DNA of 64,000 nt from Ophelia neglecta (taxonomy: Eukaryota). A model generated the notes under the pieces. That model did not search any database. It saw nothing but the letters and a program-made list of their open reading frames with translations, and was not told the origin of the DNA. Where the stretch lies: NCBI GenBank assembly GCA_965285935.1, contig OZ260665.1, positions 66,278,001 through 66,342,000 on the forward strand. The letters are read 5' to 3'. Shown piece by piece: positions 12,997 to 25,492 of this stretch; position 1 is the stretch's first letter; every line of letters starts with the position of its first letter. Made by a program: the position numbers and the translations under genes.

Positions 12997-15900
12997 TGTA
13001 TCACCTGAGAAACGGGTGGGTTTTAATCGCATGTTGAGATTGCGTTATTTTTATGCTGTAATTACCTGCGTTAAAAAAAAAGACAAACGTTTCACCTGGC
13101 ACCAAAGGATGGTACCGTTATCATTATAATTTATATTTGGTCTGTTTGCACGTCTGCCAGTATGGGTGCGTATCACCTTGAGCAAAACAAACAGCACAGT
13201 TTCTCGCTGGATATCGTCTTTCATACAAGGCATGTCATGAATAAAGTTTCAATAAAACTAGGCAAGAAAAGTAACTTGTTGGCACAATAAAACCCATATG
13301 CTCGGAAGCCAATTGGCAGATATTGGCACGATTGCAGGTATTTGGTTTCCCCTTGTCATTAGAAAGCTGCTACGACAACTGTCTCTTCACGCTGCTCCAA
13401 GGAAATGACACAATCAAGAGAACCAGTAAATTGGGACAATAGAATTCATCCATTTTTTCCTTGGGAACTGACTAAACCGTATACCGACCTATTCAAAAAA
13501 CGTGTGTATCTACGGCAGCTTTAATTTGTGAAATATCGACTTAATTTTCATTGTGCAGATAATGCTGTAATTATGATATCTTTTAGTGAAAGCACGCCAA
13601 GTCGAAAAGTCTAAGATAAACAATGAATGGAAAACGTGCATCTTTAATCTGTGTTTCTTTTCCTTTGCATTAAGGCAGATCTATAGGTATATAATAGGAC
13701 TAATGGCAGTCTATTAGATGCTTTGAGTGATGTACATTAATACACAACATTTAGGCCCCTGCAATTAGGCCGACATAGAACAGATGAAGTGGAAACATTG
13801 TTAATGATCTTCATTCAATTACTTTAATGTAGTCTTGAAGGCGTAGATAAACAAGCACATCTTTAATCAAATAGGACTTTATCCATAGTTGTAATCACAT
13901 TAATCGATTTGGTCGAGTATCATAATGCGTCCCTTTCTGTAAACAACAATAACTTAAACGCGGCCGTAAAAGGTTTTGGGCCGTCTTTGGCCAAGGCCGT
14001 TAGCACAAAAGCGAAGCGGTTTGATAAGAATCTTATTTTGTAAGTTTTGATTGGCTTTTGGATCATTAACCGCTTGTTTGGATTGTTTCTACCAGAAAAA
14101 AGTGCGTGCAATGCGTCATAACCGCATTGTTGCAAATTGAGGCATTGTTTTTTAGTCAAGCATGAAATCCTTGTGTCCCGGATGTACAATGGGGGAGCAC
14201 TCTCCATGGCAGGTCTTTTGTCCCTGCTGGCCGCTTGATGCTACTAGAAGATCAATTTGTGGTCTGTATCTTGCCGCCTTGCTACAAAATCCAATGAGAC
14301 CACTCAGATACCCACCGCTTGATCGCCGCATGTTTATATTCGCAAATTGCCTGTATCAAAAGGCAGTCGACAATCGAGGGGACGCTGATTGAGCAGACGT
14401 CTTTTGTAGCGCCTTGTGTGCCACTTCCCGATCATCGTGTAATCATTTTAATTACAGGTGGATTAACGGATGACGGATTTTCACCTATGATGATTTAAAT
14501 TGGTTAGCGCTTAATCAATATCACATTCAATCGGGTTATGCATTGAAGCTACAGGCGCCACCATTGAGATGGTACCATTCACCCATCAGCCTTCCGGGCT
14601 TGGTAAAACCATTAGCAATTCCAACACTATGCTACGCCATTGTTCCAGTATGTTTTAAGGAGCCGCAATCGGGATTTGTGCCCATGGGCGAAAGCAATAA
14701 ACTCCAAACTGCTTGAATTGGTTGTTCCTTTGAGGCAATCCCTCTTTCAGCTCTTCAGATCGGTTCGAATCAGTTACTGTGATGTTTTTAACGTAATCGA
14801 TTTCCCTAATGTAAATAAGCAGGTCAATACGTGCACGATCAATCAAGAATTCATACTTGTTTATTAAACTGAGATACATGAGTATATTTAGGCCTTTAAT
14901 ATCAGAACGAAGGCCTGCTTTTATAGGCCTATATAATTTCAATTCCTAGACAGGGGGAAACTTCAGTATTAAACCTTTACTATAGCGGTAGGTGAAACTA
15001 ACTATATGGTAAAGCGATTAGAATTTAAGACATTTTAATTTATCAAGCTATCTTATTCAATTCATGCCGTCTGCCTTGTTAGCTCCAGAAGTAATGAAAG
15101 AAGACTGGGGGGTATGATTCTTCTACTGATTACAGCAAAAACTAACTGTCGGTGTGATCAGGTCGCACATACACCATGCTCTAACAAGCCAAGTCAGTCG
15201 GTATACGGGTATATTGTCAAGCTGATTATAGTGGAGATATGGTCCTAATTAGGTCTGATTTATTGCCGCTATACCTGTCCTCTGGATACAACACGACGTT
15301 TGTTTCTCTTCTTGACTCATAACCACAATACAACCAAAAAAGATTTGAACCTTAGTCTGGCGACTGGTTTTCATAATGAATACCCTAGACCAAATTCAAC
15401 AATGGCAACTTGCGTTCTTTTGAGGTGAAATGACATTAGTTGCTTTTTAGCTAATTTCATGTTGTGGCGAATTAAGACATGGGACTTTTTCATGTATAGG
15501 CCTTCGTTTCCGGACAGGTTGTAGCATAATGTGCATGAAGGTGTTTTCTCCACTTTTCCTAAACCTACAACAGTCTTCTTTTTTTAATCTGAATGTTTTA
15601 TTATTCTTAAAGAATTGTCACAAGAATGGATGCGACACAGCTCTGCTATTTTTCACGCTCTGCTGCTTATGCGTTCCGCCTTTAAAAACTGATGTCTTTC
15701 GAAACCCAATTAGAAACACAGTCCGTCCGAGATGACCCCGTCCATGTCCAATTGCCTCATCCAGTATGGCTGTTTCTTCCGCATAGCCCTCTATACTGCT
15801 TCGGGCCAAACTAGAAACTGAAAAAATAAGGGGGTGTAAACTCTTTAATAGAGTCATCAAGGTGGTAAATACCGTCACTGGATTGTAGCCGACGCCATCG

Positions 15901-18900
15901 CCAGGGGAGAGACTATACACCGTAATTTTCACCAATCACCTACACTAAATGATAATGAGCTTAGTCATCTTCATCATTCGAGAACATTAAAGGGGCACAG
16001 CAGCATGTCCCTTGTAAAAACGCTCATCCTCTCCATTGTATTCAACATAGAAAAGCTTGTTACTTAGCAACTTGAAGGAGAAATCAATCTCCTAAGACAT
16101 ACTGACAAGTTACAGATATTTCTGGAATCCATGACACATTATATTCTCCCAAACGCCTTGAAAGTCACCCAAGGAGACGGCGTTCTCCGCAACGAAAATT
16201 GGATTAGGAAGCGTTCGCGATAAGAGAAGAAATACGAAATGATATGACAGATGCCGGATGGGCGATATTGGAGGAGGATTGTCTCTAGGACTCTCTAATA
16301 GGTATCGGCCTGACAGTGTCAGTGATTGAGGGGGTATGTTCCAAGAAACCAAAGGGGGCTACTCCACAAATCCAAGTGGAGGTCCCTTAAAGCTACTGAA
16401 TATTGCCAGTTTGCAGTTAGTGATTTTTGCCAGTTCAATTGATGTTGACAGAGTTGTGCACCACTTGTATGGTATTGGTTGTTTGTGTTTTTATCCCTCA
16501 CAATTCTAGTTTGGTTATTCATTAATTGAATTCATGCTATAAAAAAACGCCACATGCTCTAACCAACAACAATATTTTCGTGACATAACCTTGTTTAACG
16601 TATTTCGACAGGAGTTTATGTTTCTTCATTTTTGGTTTACTAAGTATTTACCAGAAAGTCTCCTAACCTTTTTCCTTTTCTTACATGTTTATAGACTTTA
16701 ACCAAGGCGCGTGGTTAAGGTTTTCAATTTGATCTTCGTCAGGGTCTATATCATGGTGTACTATGTACACATCTTGATGTCATCTTTAATGCATCAAGTT
16801 TCTAAATCATCGCCAAAAGTATATTCAAATGCTTGGATACGCTACTATTTCATATCCGGCATATGTGGCCTATTATCATAGAATTTTGGTTTTAGTCTGT
16901 CCTTCCTGCGGCCCTCCGTATTATCCGTTTATAGCTTACCCCCTTGCCATAGGAGCTCAGATTGCCATCAGAACCATCCGCCATCTTCTACAACAGGCAA
17001 ATTAATGGGTGCATGATTGATTTCACTCGTGTCATTTTATGCCACCATTCGCCAAACATATTGGCCGAACGACCCTGATTTCTCAATGGGATCGGAAAAT
17101 AATATGAAATAATGACAAATCTCAAAAGAACATCATAATAGATTACGCCTCTTGCACTGGCAAATCATCTCCGTCTGCCTGCAAGTCTGACACGTCGCCG
17201 GATTCTGAGGCCCTTATCTTCCTCCGGGTAATTTAAAAGCATAATGTCTTAGGATGAGGAACCTGGTAAAATCTTAATTCAATCTTCGATGTATTTTGTC
17301 TTATCACTGTTCAATTACTGTATCTGCGACAGTCGAGTTTCTAGGCGACAGTGCTCATCTCGTGTCATCCGAGAACCTCGTTTGGCTGATGAGAGTTGAG
17401 CAGACGTGCGATGCTGCTCAGGGATAATGTTATAGCAACCCTCCCCTTCCGCTGGTATTTGGTACAGTTTGAAATGCCGTCTGCCATGTTTAATTCTTCT
17501 TCTTTCCACATTCACCGCAATTTAAACGATTATTCCAACATTAAACCCAAGTTTAACTTTTCATTACGCTGTTGTCGTTTGTTTGGTCGAGAAAGTACTA
17601 GGTAATAAATTGTGTAATGACTAACTATTCTATGCCTTAATCTGAACACGGCCATTATATCGCTTAATTAGAGCTTCAATACATCGGATGGACTTTTCAC
17701 TGCCATGGAGAGTCAGTGTCCTCAAGCTTATTAGGCCCTATATCTTTACGTGTGCTCAGTACAACCTGGGGGACGGTACCAACCTTTCGATGCTTGACGG
17801 CAGCCGACACGAGATCCAAACTAAGGAATAATGAATAAGACTTTATGTCTACTTTATACCGGGATATCTACTACACGTGATTAATCACTCCCCTGTGATA
17901 ATTATCTAACGGTGAATACCATGACTGATTCTGCGATTCAATTTGAGTGAATTTAGGCCAGTCTCCCGGGATGCTTTACGCGCTGAAGGCTTCCGGTCGC
18001 GTCGTTGATACTAATCTTGCGACAGACGCTCAAAAGTAGGTAAAATATATAATTGATATTATTGCTGTTTAGGGAATGGAGAAGATTTGTTTCGCATTTT
18101 ACCTATGCAGTCGGTCTGAAAGGCATTAATTGAATTGAGTGATTTCTACGAGACCAGCTATAGGTTTGCTCCTCGTGTGAGGCCCCAGTCGGCGGTAAGT
18201 GAAGAGCACACGCTGCTCATGTTGGCTCTCGTCAACCTAAGAAGACTAAAAAAACCATTCAGTGTCTGTAAGCGTCTAGAAAACTATTGAATGTTTTGGC
18301 TATAACTAGACTTAATCCCGTTCATGTCAAAAAGCACTATGAAATGCCACCAGCCGGAACCACAAAATCCCATCTATTTTTAATGACTTTTGCAAAATTG
18401 CTAGGCATTGGTGTTAATGCATTGCGCCTCAGGGTAGGGTAGACTATACCTAGATCATTGTTTATTCAATATATGTAATTAATAGCCCCAGCTTTTGAAT
18501 AGCTTATTGTTTTATGCAAGTCCAACAACTTAACGTGAATTTAAATTCATTACCAGAACTGCTGGCACAAAGGTGTGACGTTAATTCTGCAAAGCGCCTT
18601 CTAGAGCTAAAACAGCACAGATGCATTCACTGAGCGTTTCTAAGAGTATGATTAACCAAGCGAACTCTTTAATTGTGGAGCCAATGTCGCCCGTGGCGGC
18701 CATTTCTCTCCCGAATACATTATTTCAAGGTTCCAATTATGAATGTATGAGAAGCAATGAGAACTGCCGCACATCCTCGATGTTGGTTGGCAAGTCTTCT
18801 GCCCCGCCGCCCGGCGGTGTCTGGAGAGCAGTATCTGCTCGGCTGAAGGCCTCCCACTGGTTAGGCTGAGTAACGGTAGAACAGACCCTGCAGGCTTTTC

Positions 18901-21900
18901 ACTCCACCAAGAAATTACCTATAATGAAAAGAAACCCATCAAAATTCATTCGAGAGCACAAAGAAGCGGTGGCTTTTCCTGCCCGCGAGACTTGGAAATG
19001 AATAGCATAGGTTTCTATTGCATCGCCGCTGATCATTAACAATAGCTGATTAACGCAGAAATTGAATTTTACCGAGAGAAAATTGAATTGGAATATTCAA
19101 CCATTCGGTAAACAGGGGCGAGGCGCATTTATCCATCCAGCGTGTAAGTAGAGGTGACAGCTTGAGTTAAATAATGAATAAAGTTGTTCCGGAGCGCAAT
19201 CACTGATTCAGACTGTCGTCTGCTTCTCAATGGCGTTATTTGAGCAAGTCCCCCGAGGTACAACTCAGATAGCTCATTCTCCGTCATCCAACCAAACGAC
19301 AGGCCATCGAACGCCCTCTGCCTTCTACTTGTAATTTTTAATTAAGCAATAGACAAGTATGTATAGATCAAATAGCTATCAGCTGATCAAAGCTTTTTGA
19401 TTCACAAAATATTTTTGAGGGACTTTCTGGCAATATAAAACGTGTGCCTACTGCAATTTTTTTAATGTTATTTTCATTCTTCGTGTACACTATGCCTACA
19501 TTTACTTCCCTAAGCATGTTGGATTGGACCTAATTCGTACGCGTGTAAAATTTATTTTTACCTTTTTATATAGATGTACTGAAGACCGAACTGAAGTGCA
19601 CATGCCGGAAGGTGGCACAATCTGCGTCCATTGTTTTAAGTTGCCGACAACACCATAAAGACGTTTAAAGCCGGCCATATGGCCAGTCACATTCAGCCCA
19701 TTAAACGGCAGTCCTTGTAATTCAGTTGGGTACATGCTGTTCCTATCAGCCTGGAACAAACAATAGCGGGGCAAATGGTTTTTCACCCCGACAGTAGTCA
19801 CTCCACACTCATCATTTACCAGCAAATGGACTTATATAAGGCTAAATGGGAACCTCGATCGCATAGCATTGCAATTGCCTCCGTGCTGTCTGCTGGTACC
19901 TGCCGTCAAGGGTCTGACTGTAAAAACAGCCTGAAAAACGACCTCACGACGTGCTCCCTTTATTCTTATTCAATTCTGATGTCCACCAAAATAACTTTCG
20001 TTCTATATAGCCATGCAAATGTGAAACAATTTCCCTGGTCGCCTAACCCTCGACTAATGAACATCGCGCTTCCATGTCTCACGACAAATCCTCAACCAGA
20101 TTATTTTTATGCGCGCCGAAATTCCTTGCTATTTCACTTTTGATTTCCCGGCTTATGCCTAAAATGCGGACAAATAAATTGACATAGAAGCGGGATTACT
20201 GGGCGATAAATTTTGTCTGCTATCTTCGGTCAGGTCTGAGCCATCGCTCTGATGGATTTCCCATTTTCCGTTCTGTGATTAAGCGCCTTGAATTATTGAA
20301 TAGTTTTCAATAAATTGATGCCGGGGCTCGCGATGTCGTTACATGGAGAGCGATCGTGTGATGTCCCCAATATTAGAAGGTAATTATTTGTACCCCTCCG
20401 GCAGATGAGGTGGGGGATCCCCCGGGAGACGGCTCGCATCTTCCTCCTGCTTATAAATGACTTCATTGCGAGCGGGACTCAGTTACAAATGAAAAACTTT
20501 GACAAGCCCGTAGTTATCGGACATATCAATTTGTTGCCTGTTAGAGGCTAAATCAGCGCTTTACATTAACCACTCGACTCCGTTGAATTCCACTAACAAA
20601 ACGAAATGCTCGGCATGCAAAAGGCATATACTTTCTGGAGAGCGGATTTAGTTTGTAATGAATGATGGGTACCGGGAGTAGGAAGCTAAATGTCGTCTGT
20701 CGTAGGTAACGTGACCCAATAGGCTATATTGCATGGCAGCTGTGTAATCCGTGAGCGTAGTTAATCCGAGTGGATATTGGCCTATCTGGAAATAAGCCTA
20801 AAAACGTGTTATTTTGATTTGGCATTTGTAGGAACTCGCTTTTCTTTGTAATGTTTGTTAAATTACCAGTTGCCTATACATACTCAGAAAGAATTTAAAA
20901 ACTTGATAATTTCTTTTATATCGGCTTTCTTTATGGGTTTGGTTCAAGAACAATAACTTAACCTGATGAATAAAACTTATATATACATGTATATATGTAC
21001 TTATTTGGACTTAACGTTTTTCTCTCTCAGATATGACATGCAGGAAGTAGCGGAGTCCCAGAATACTCCAACACCACGGCAACAGGCACCTGACTAAATG
21101 CAGTTAATGAATACTTACATATATATAAAACCCTGGCCAATTTTGTCATCATATGCCATACTCTAGAGCAATAGTCGAGTGGGGACAAACTTCAAATTAT
21201 AAAGGTTTACACTTTTAATATTGTGCCACGCTATAATTGGTCTATTAAACGTAACATACTACTATTATTTCAATGTACCTCATATACGAGATGTCCGTGG
21301 GGAACCAGTTCCTCGATCTTGATATCTATAGACATATTTGGAACAATTATTGTTAAGTCTAAGAAAGATTAAAGGCTTTTGCTTCAGCCTGTCACTGACT
21401 ACAAACTGCTTTGGAGTTACTAGGTTTAGCATTTGTGTTTGGTGGTTTACACAGTTGAGCAGCGGTCACTGCGGCAATCGGCATTACTGTGCAGCCAGAA
21501 TAATGTGAATGGGGCAAACGGTATATACCGTGTGCTGCTCTGAGGATTAAGAGCTCGGAACAGCACCCTTGTTTAAATGCTAACTAAATGAGTAACACAC
21601 GCTGTACAAAGTACATCTGTCACCAATTAAACAGGAACTATTTAACTCTACGGACATCATAGTTTTCGTGAAACAATCTTAGCTTAATTACCTTTAATTT
21701 TCAAATAACATTACCGTATTAGCGTAGACAACAACAAGGAATGTCGGCCACTAGCGATAAATACAAGGATGCCTTAATTTGCATGAAATTGCTATGTTAA
21801 GTTCTTGATTAAACTATAAACGTCTATTGTGGGACAATTAAAAATGAAATTAGGTATGTTTACTATTATCTGTGATATTTATGTTCGCTTATTCCGCTTG

Positions 21901-24233
21901 CAGCTGATCAACTATACTTTTATTTAGTCTTTCAGTTGATAACAACGAGCGCATGTTGACCCATATTACTTTCTGTGGAGCACTGCAAGAGCCGGGAGAG
22001 GCATAAATTTAAATTAAAACTCTTGATTGCGCATGCTCGATCTTACAAGAACGGTTGCGCGAACGTAAACGAGGCTAGGCGTGCTCACACTCGAAGTGAA
22101 TGGCTCACTTGGGTCGCTCCTGTCTCACACACTAATGGACCTGTTGCGTTATTGTTGTTCTGCAGTATAGTAGTTAGAATGTATGTTCATCACATTAAAA
22201 GTACGTGGGATTAAAAGGGTAAGATAGATTATCAGTCTGGTAACTTCGCGCATACGGAGATGCACCCACTACACGGAGCTACCCTTCATCATCGGATCTG
22301 ATAAAATTGTGTTTTAATTCTTGCTTTAATTATAGGCCTTTTCATTCATCCATGCATATTCTTTTGTATTTGCTGATATATATGTAAATATATTCGTGTC
22401 GTCAGCAGGCGTGTACAGTTGTTCTGGGTTTGGAAGCTTAATTTACTTTCCTGGCACCTTTTCAGTTGAAATCCAAACGGACAGCAAGCTAGACCTCATA
22501 AATAATTGTGAAGGAACTCTTAGTTTAACAATGGTTTTGATTATTTTTAATGATAAATAAATGCAGCTTGAAGGCGAAGATAGGATCTTCGAAATAAGCT
22601 TATAGATTATAAAATCTACTATCATTATGTTAGACCTACTGGCGTTTTTTCGTAGGTGTTCTCCTTAACATATTTTAAGAAATTTATGACAAACAAATTT
22701 ATAAATAGAATTCCACCAGGTTTAAAATGGTGCCCATCTTTCATGAAATTAAAGATTGGTCAATATTAAAACTTGGTCAATAACATATTTTGTTCATAAA
22801 GTAAAACTCTACAGTTATGTAGCGACGTTGGTTTTATGGCATAAGCCTGCTCATTATCCAATCCGCCATCATGAAAACGGCGGCCATCTTTAAAAATGGT
22901 AATGGTCGAGCAGCTTTTTGATGTACAAATTAAATGCCTATGCAAAAAGAATCATGGATTTGTGGACAATTCATTAACTGGATATAGTGTTATTATAAAG
23001 TTAAATTATTTTTCAGCTATGACCTTATTTGACATTTTAGGTGAAGTTTGAAATAATTAACCGTGTTAGCGATAACATCGTTTGTTTTCATTCTCCATTG
23101 TTAGGGTCAGGGAGGCCCAGGTTCGCGGGGACAAAGCGCGTTCAGGGCCTATTGTAAACATGTGTATGACATGTCTAAATACATGCTATTGACATGATTG
23201 TTGAGGCAGCAGAAACTGGTGTAGTCCCTACAAATCAGAGGTTGAATGCTTTGCGTAAAGAATGCTATTAGCTACTAACAGAACAATGCGAATGGCAAGA
23301 AAATTGTACGATGTACACAAATCTTAATGTATCTAATAGAATTGTTGTACTAGATCGCCTGATAAATATGTCGCCCACTTGTATCTACATTTCTATCGGG
23401 CATTTAAAACTATGGTAATGTAAACATATATTGATGGGGGAACAGGGGTTGCATAAACACAGATGCCTACGAGGTTACCCCAAGTCAGCCTCGTGTTGTC
23501 AATGTTGTCTATTGAAGAGGGTGTATTAAAGATGGGTCTCTTTTTTATTGTTCGCTGAGACTGCGTAAGACAGTTTTTAATGTTTAATGTCAAAAGACTA
23601 TTGAATGAACACTCTCAATGGTACAAATGGTGTTTGTTATATTGGAGAACCATTATCAACCTTAGCTGGCTATATTATTATAAAACAGGCACAAAATGTA
23701 CAATGTATGTACAATAAACGCGCAATTGTTCCGAAGGGTGCGCTTATAGATAAAATATAAGTTGGTATCCAATCAGTGTATAGCACTGTACCATTTACTA
23801 ATTAATGGTTAACTAGTTGCTAAAAAACATTCCGTTCGCATTATATTCTACTCAATTACTAGACATTCACGATGGTATCGACCCGCTTCTCTACTAAGTA
23901 AATTCGGTAGTATTTCGGTATTCAAGCAGGCTGCTCGTGTACAGGTTTTGAACGTTACTGTACATTTGCACCCCTGTATGTTTTATGTTCAGTGTACACT
24001 ATATAGATCTGTATATGTATTATAGAATACCCGAATATCCGAATGTGAGTAGTGATTTAAAAGGATCAAAACGCACGTAATGTAATCCATTGAAGGATAT
24101 TTCGTATATCGTTTGGTCTGATTGGGGTCATACCGGGTGTCATAGCCCTGGTTAAATATGTTATAAACATTGTGTTCTATGACACTGTGTTTAAAATTAC
24201 ATATATATGACATTGTGTTTAAAGTTCGATATA

Positions 24234-24436
24234 TTTATTTTTAAATGAATATTTATATATTAAGAATGTTGCTTTTGCCAATAATATACAATCCCAGAAA
24301 ATTAATCACACTATATACAGTTGAAAAAGAATCTTTATTTATAATCAGTTTTTTTGCAGGATAACCAGTTCTCTTAAACTCAAACAGCTTATTTGAAAAA
24401 AAAAATATTAAAAAAAAAGTAGGCCTTCTATTTATT
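24234..24436 (-). terminator. Candidate polyadenylation signals (AATAAA on minus strand) in the AU-rich Uncx 3' UTR
   Basis: tttatt on the plus strand at 24431, 24334 and 24234, downstream of the stop codon. Which signal is used cannot be told from sequence. Confidence 0.4.
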
Positions 24437-24463
24437 TATAGCGTCCGAAGTTGTCCTTCAAAC

Positions 24464-25492
24464 TTAACGACTATAATTATAAGGGGCATTGTCTAGTTTG
24501 TTTAGTTTATTTTGAACACCATTTCCGGCTTTTTTACTATCTCCCATTTTGGCGACAATTGTCTCATCACATTTTGGAAGTTGCTCCAATAGGCCTATGT
24601 CAGCACCGCCACGTCGCGTCGAGTCCAACGTTGGACTCACACTGTCAATATTTGCAGACGTACAAGGCGGAATTGACGTCACTGATCTATGTTGCACACG
24701 CGTATTGTTAGTTACCATGCTCTGCGCATGCTCATCACCTCTGGTGACATCCGGGCTGCCTGTAGGTGGCGTTCTCGGTGGTGTTGGTAGTCTTTCTACC
24801 TGAAACCCCATAGGCTGGGTGATCGGAAACAACGGCATCATTCCCAAGGAGAAAGGACTCATGCTTTTGCTCGCCTGAACACGTGGATATTTGGAGTTAG
24901 GCCGCCTGCCGCGCGGCACTTTTGGCGCCTCCAGTAGACTGTCAATACTGAAGGGACTTTTGGTGGTATTGTTTGGCATCGGGTTTGGGGGCAACCGCTG
25001 TTCATCACTGGGTTGCGGCGTTCCTCCGTCGTCGTCTTGATTTTGTGTTGGTCCATCGCTCTCTGGTTTTTGAGTTGGTCTTGAGTGATTTTCTGTCCTC
25101 GAGTTTTGTTTGGCTATAGAAGAAGACTCCGTGTCGCTCTGCCCACCGCCGCCGCATAGGGAGGAGGTTCCTGAGGAGAGAGATATGTCGGAACCCTCGC
25201 CGACCACGTCAATCTCGTCCCCTTCCTCGCCGCTGGAGAGGTCATCTCCTCCCAGCTCACTCCCTTCGCCGGCCTCGTCCGTCCCTTTGCGTTTGGCCTC
25301 GAGCTTCCGCAAGCGGTCTTCCTGCTTGCGGCGTTTCTTTTCGAGACGCTCTCTCTCGCGACGCTCGAGTTCCTCTTTAGGGATTGGTTCTCCCGAGCAA
25401 GTTTGCGGGTGGGCATTGTGGGCAGGACGACCTGGACCCTTCTTCGTGTTCTCCTTCTTACGCCATTTAGCTCGACGGTTCTGGAACCACAC
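24464..25492 (-). CDS. Uncx: Uncx coding exon 3: helix 3 (VWFQNRRAKWRKKE), Uncx-specific KKGPGRPAHNAHPQTCSGEPI extension, charged coiled-coil, acidic region, eh1 FSIDSLL and C-terminus
   Basis: Lies in ORF 24464..25504(-). Acceptor tgtactttcag|GTGTGG at 25492 (phase 0). Q50 paired-class helix 3 is followed by the diagnostic Uncx/unc-4 post-homeodomain motif. Stop codon at 24464-24466. Confidence 0.97.
   Translation of the reverse strand: MWFQNRRAKWRKKENTKKGPGRPAHNAHPQTCSGEPIPKEELERRERERLEKKRRKQEDRLRKLEAKRKGTDEAGEGSELGGDDLSSGEEGDEIDVVGEGSDISLSSGTSSLCGGGGQSDTESSSIAKQNSRTENHSRPTQKPESDGPTQNQDDDGGTPQPSDEQRLPPNPMPNNTTKSPFSIDSLLEAPKVPRGRRPNSKYPRVQASKSMSPFSLGMMPLFPITQPMGFQVERLPTPPRTPPTGSPDVTRGDEHAQSMVTNNTRVQHRSVTSIPPCTSANIDSVSPTLDSTRRGGADIGLLEQLPKCDETIVAKMGDSKKAGNGVQNKLNKLDNAPYNYSR

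Noticed and set aside
21518-21531. 14-bp perfect palindrome ACGGTATATACCGT
   Set aside because: It is isolated, and a few palindromes of this length are expected by chance in 64 kb.
452-23593. Numerous 60-120 aa ORFs in the flanks (and 43-64 kb)
   Set aside because: Lengths and composition are as expected by chance, many use non-ATG starts, and none shows a recognisable domain or consistent splice structure.
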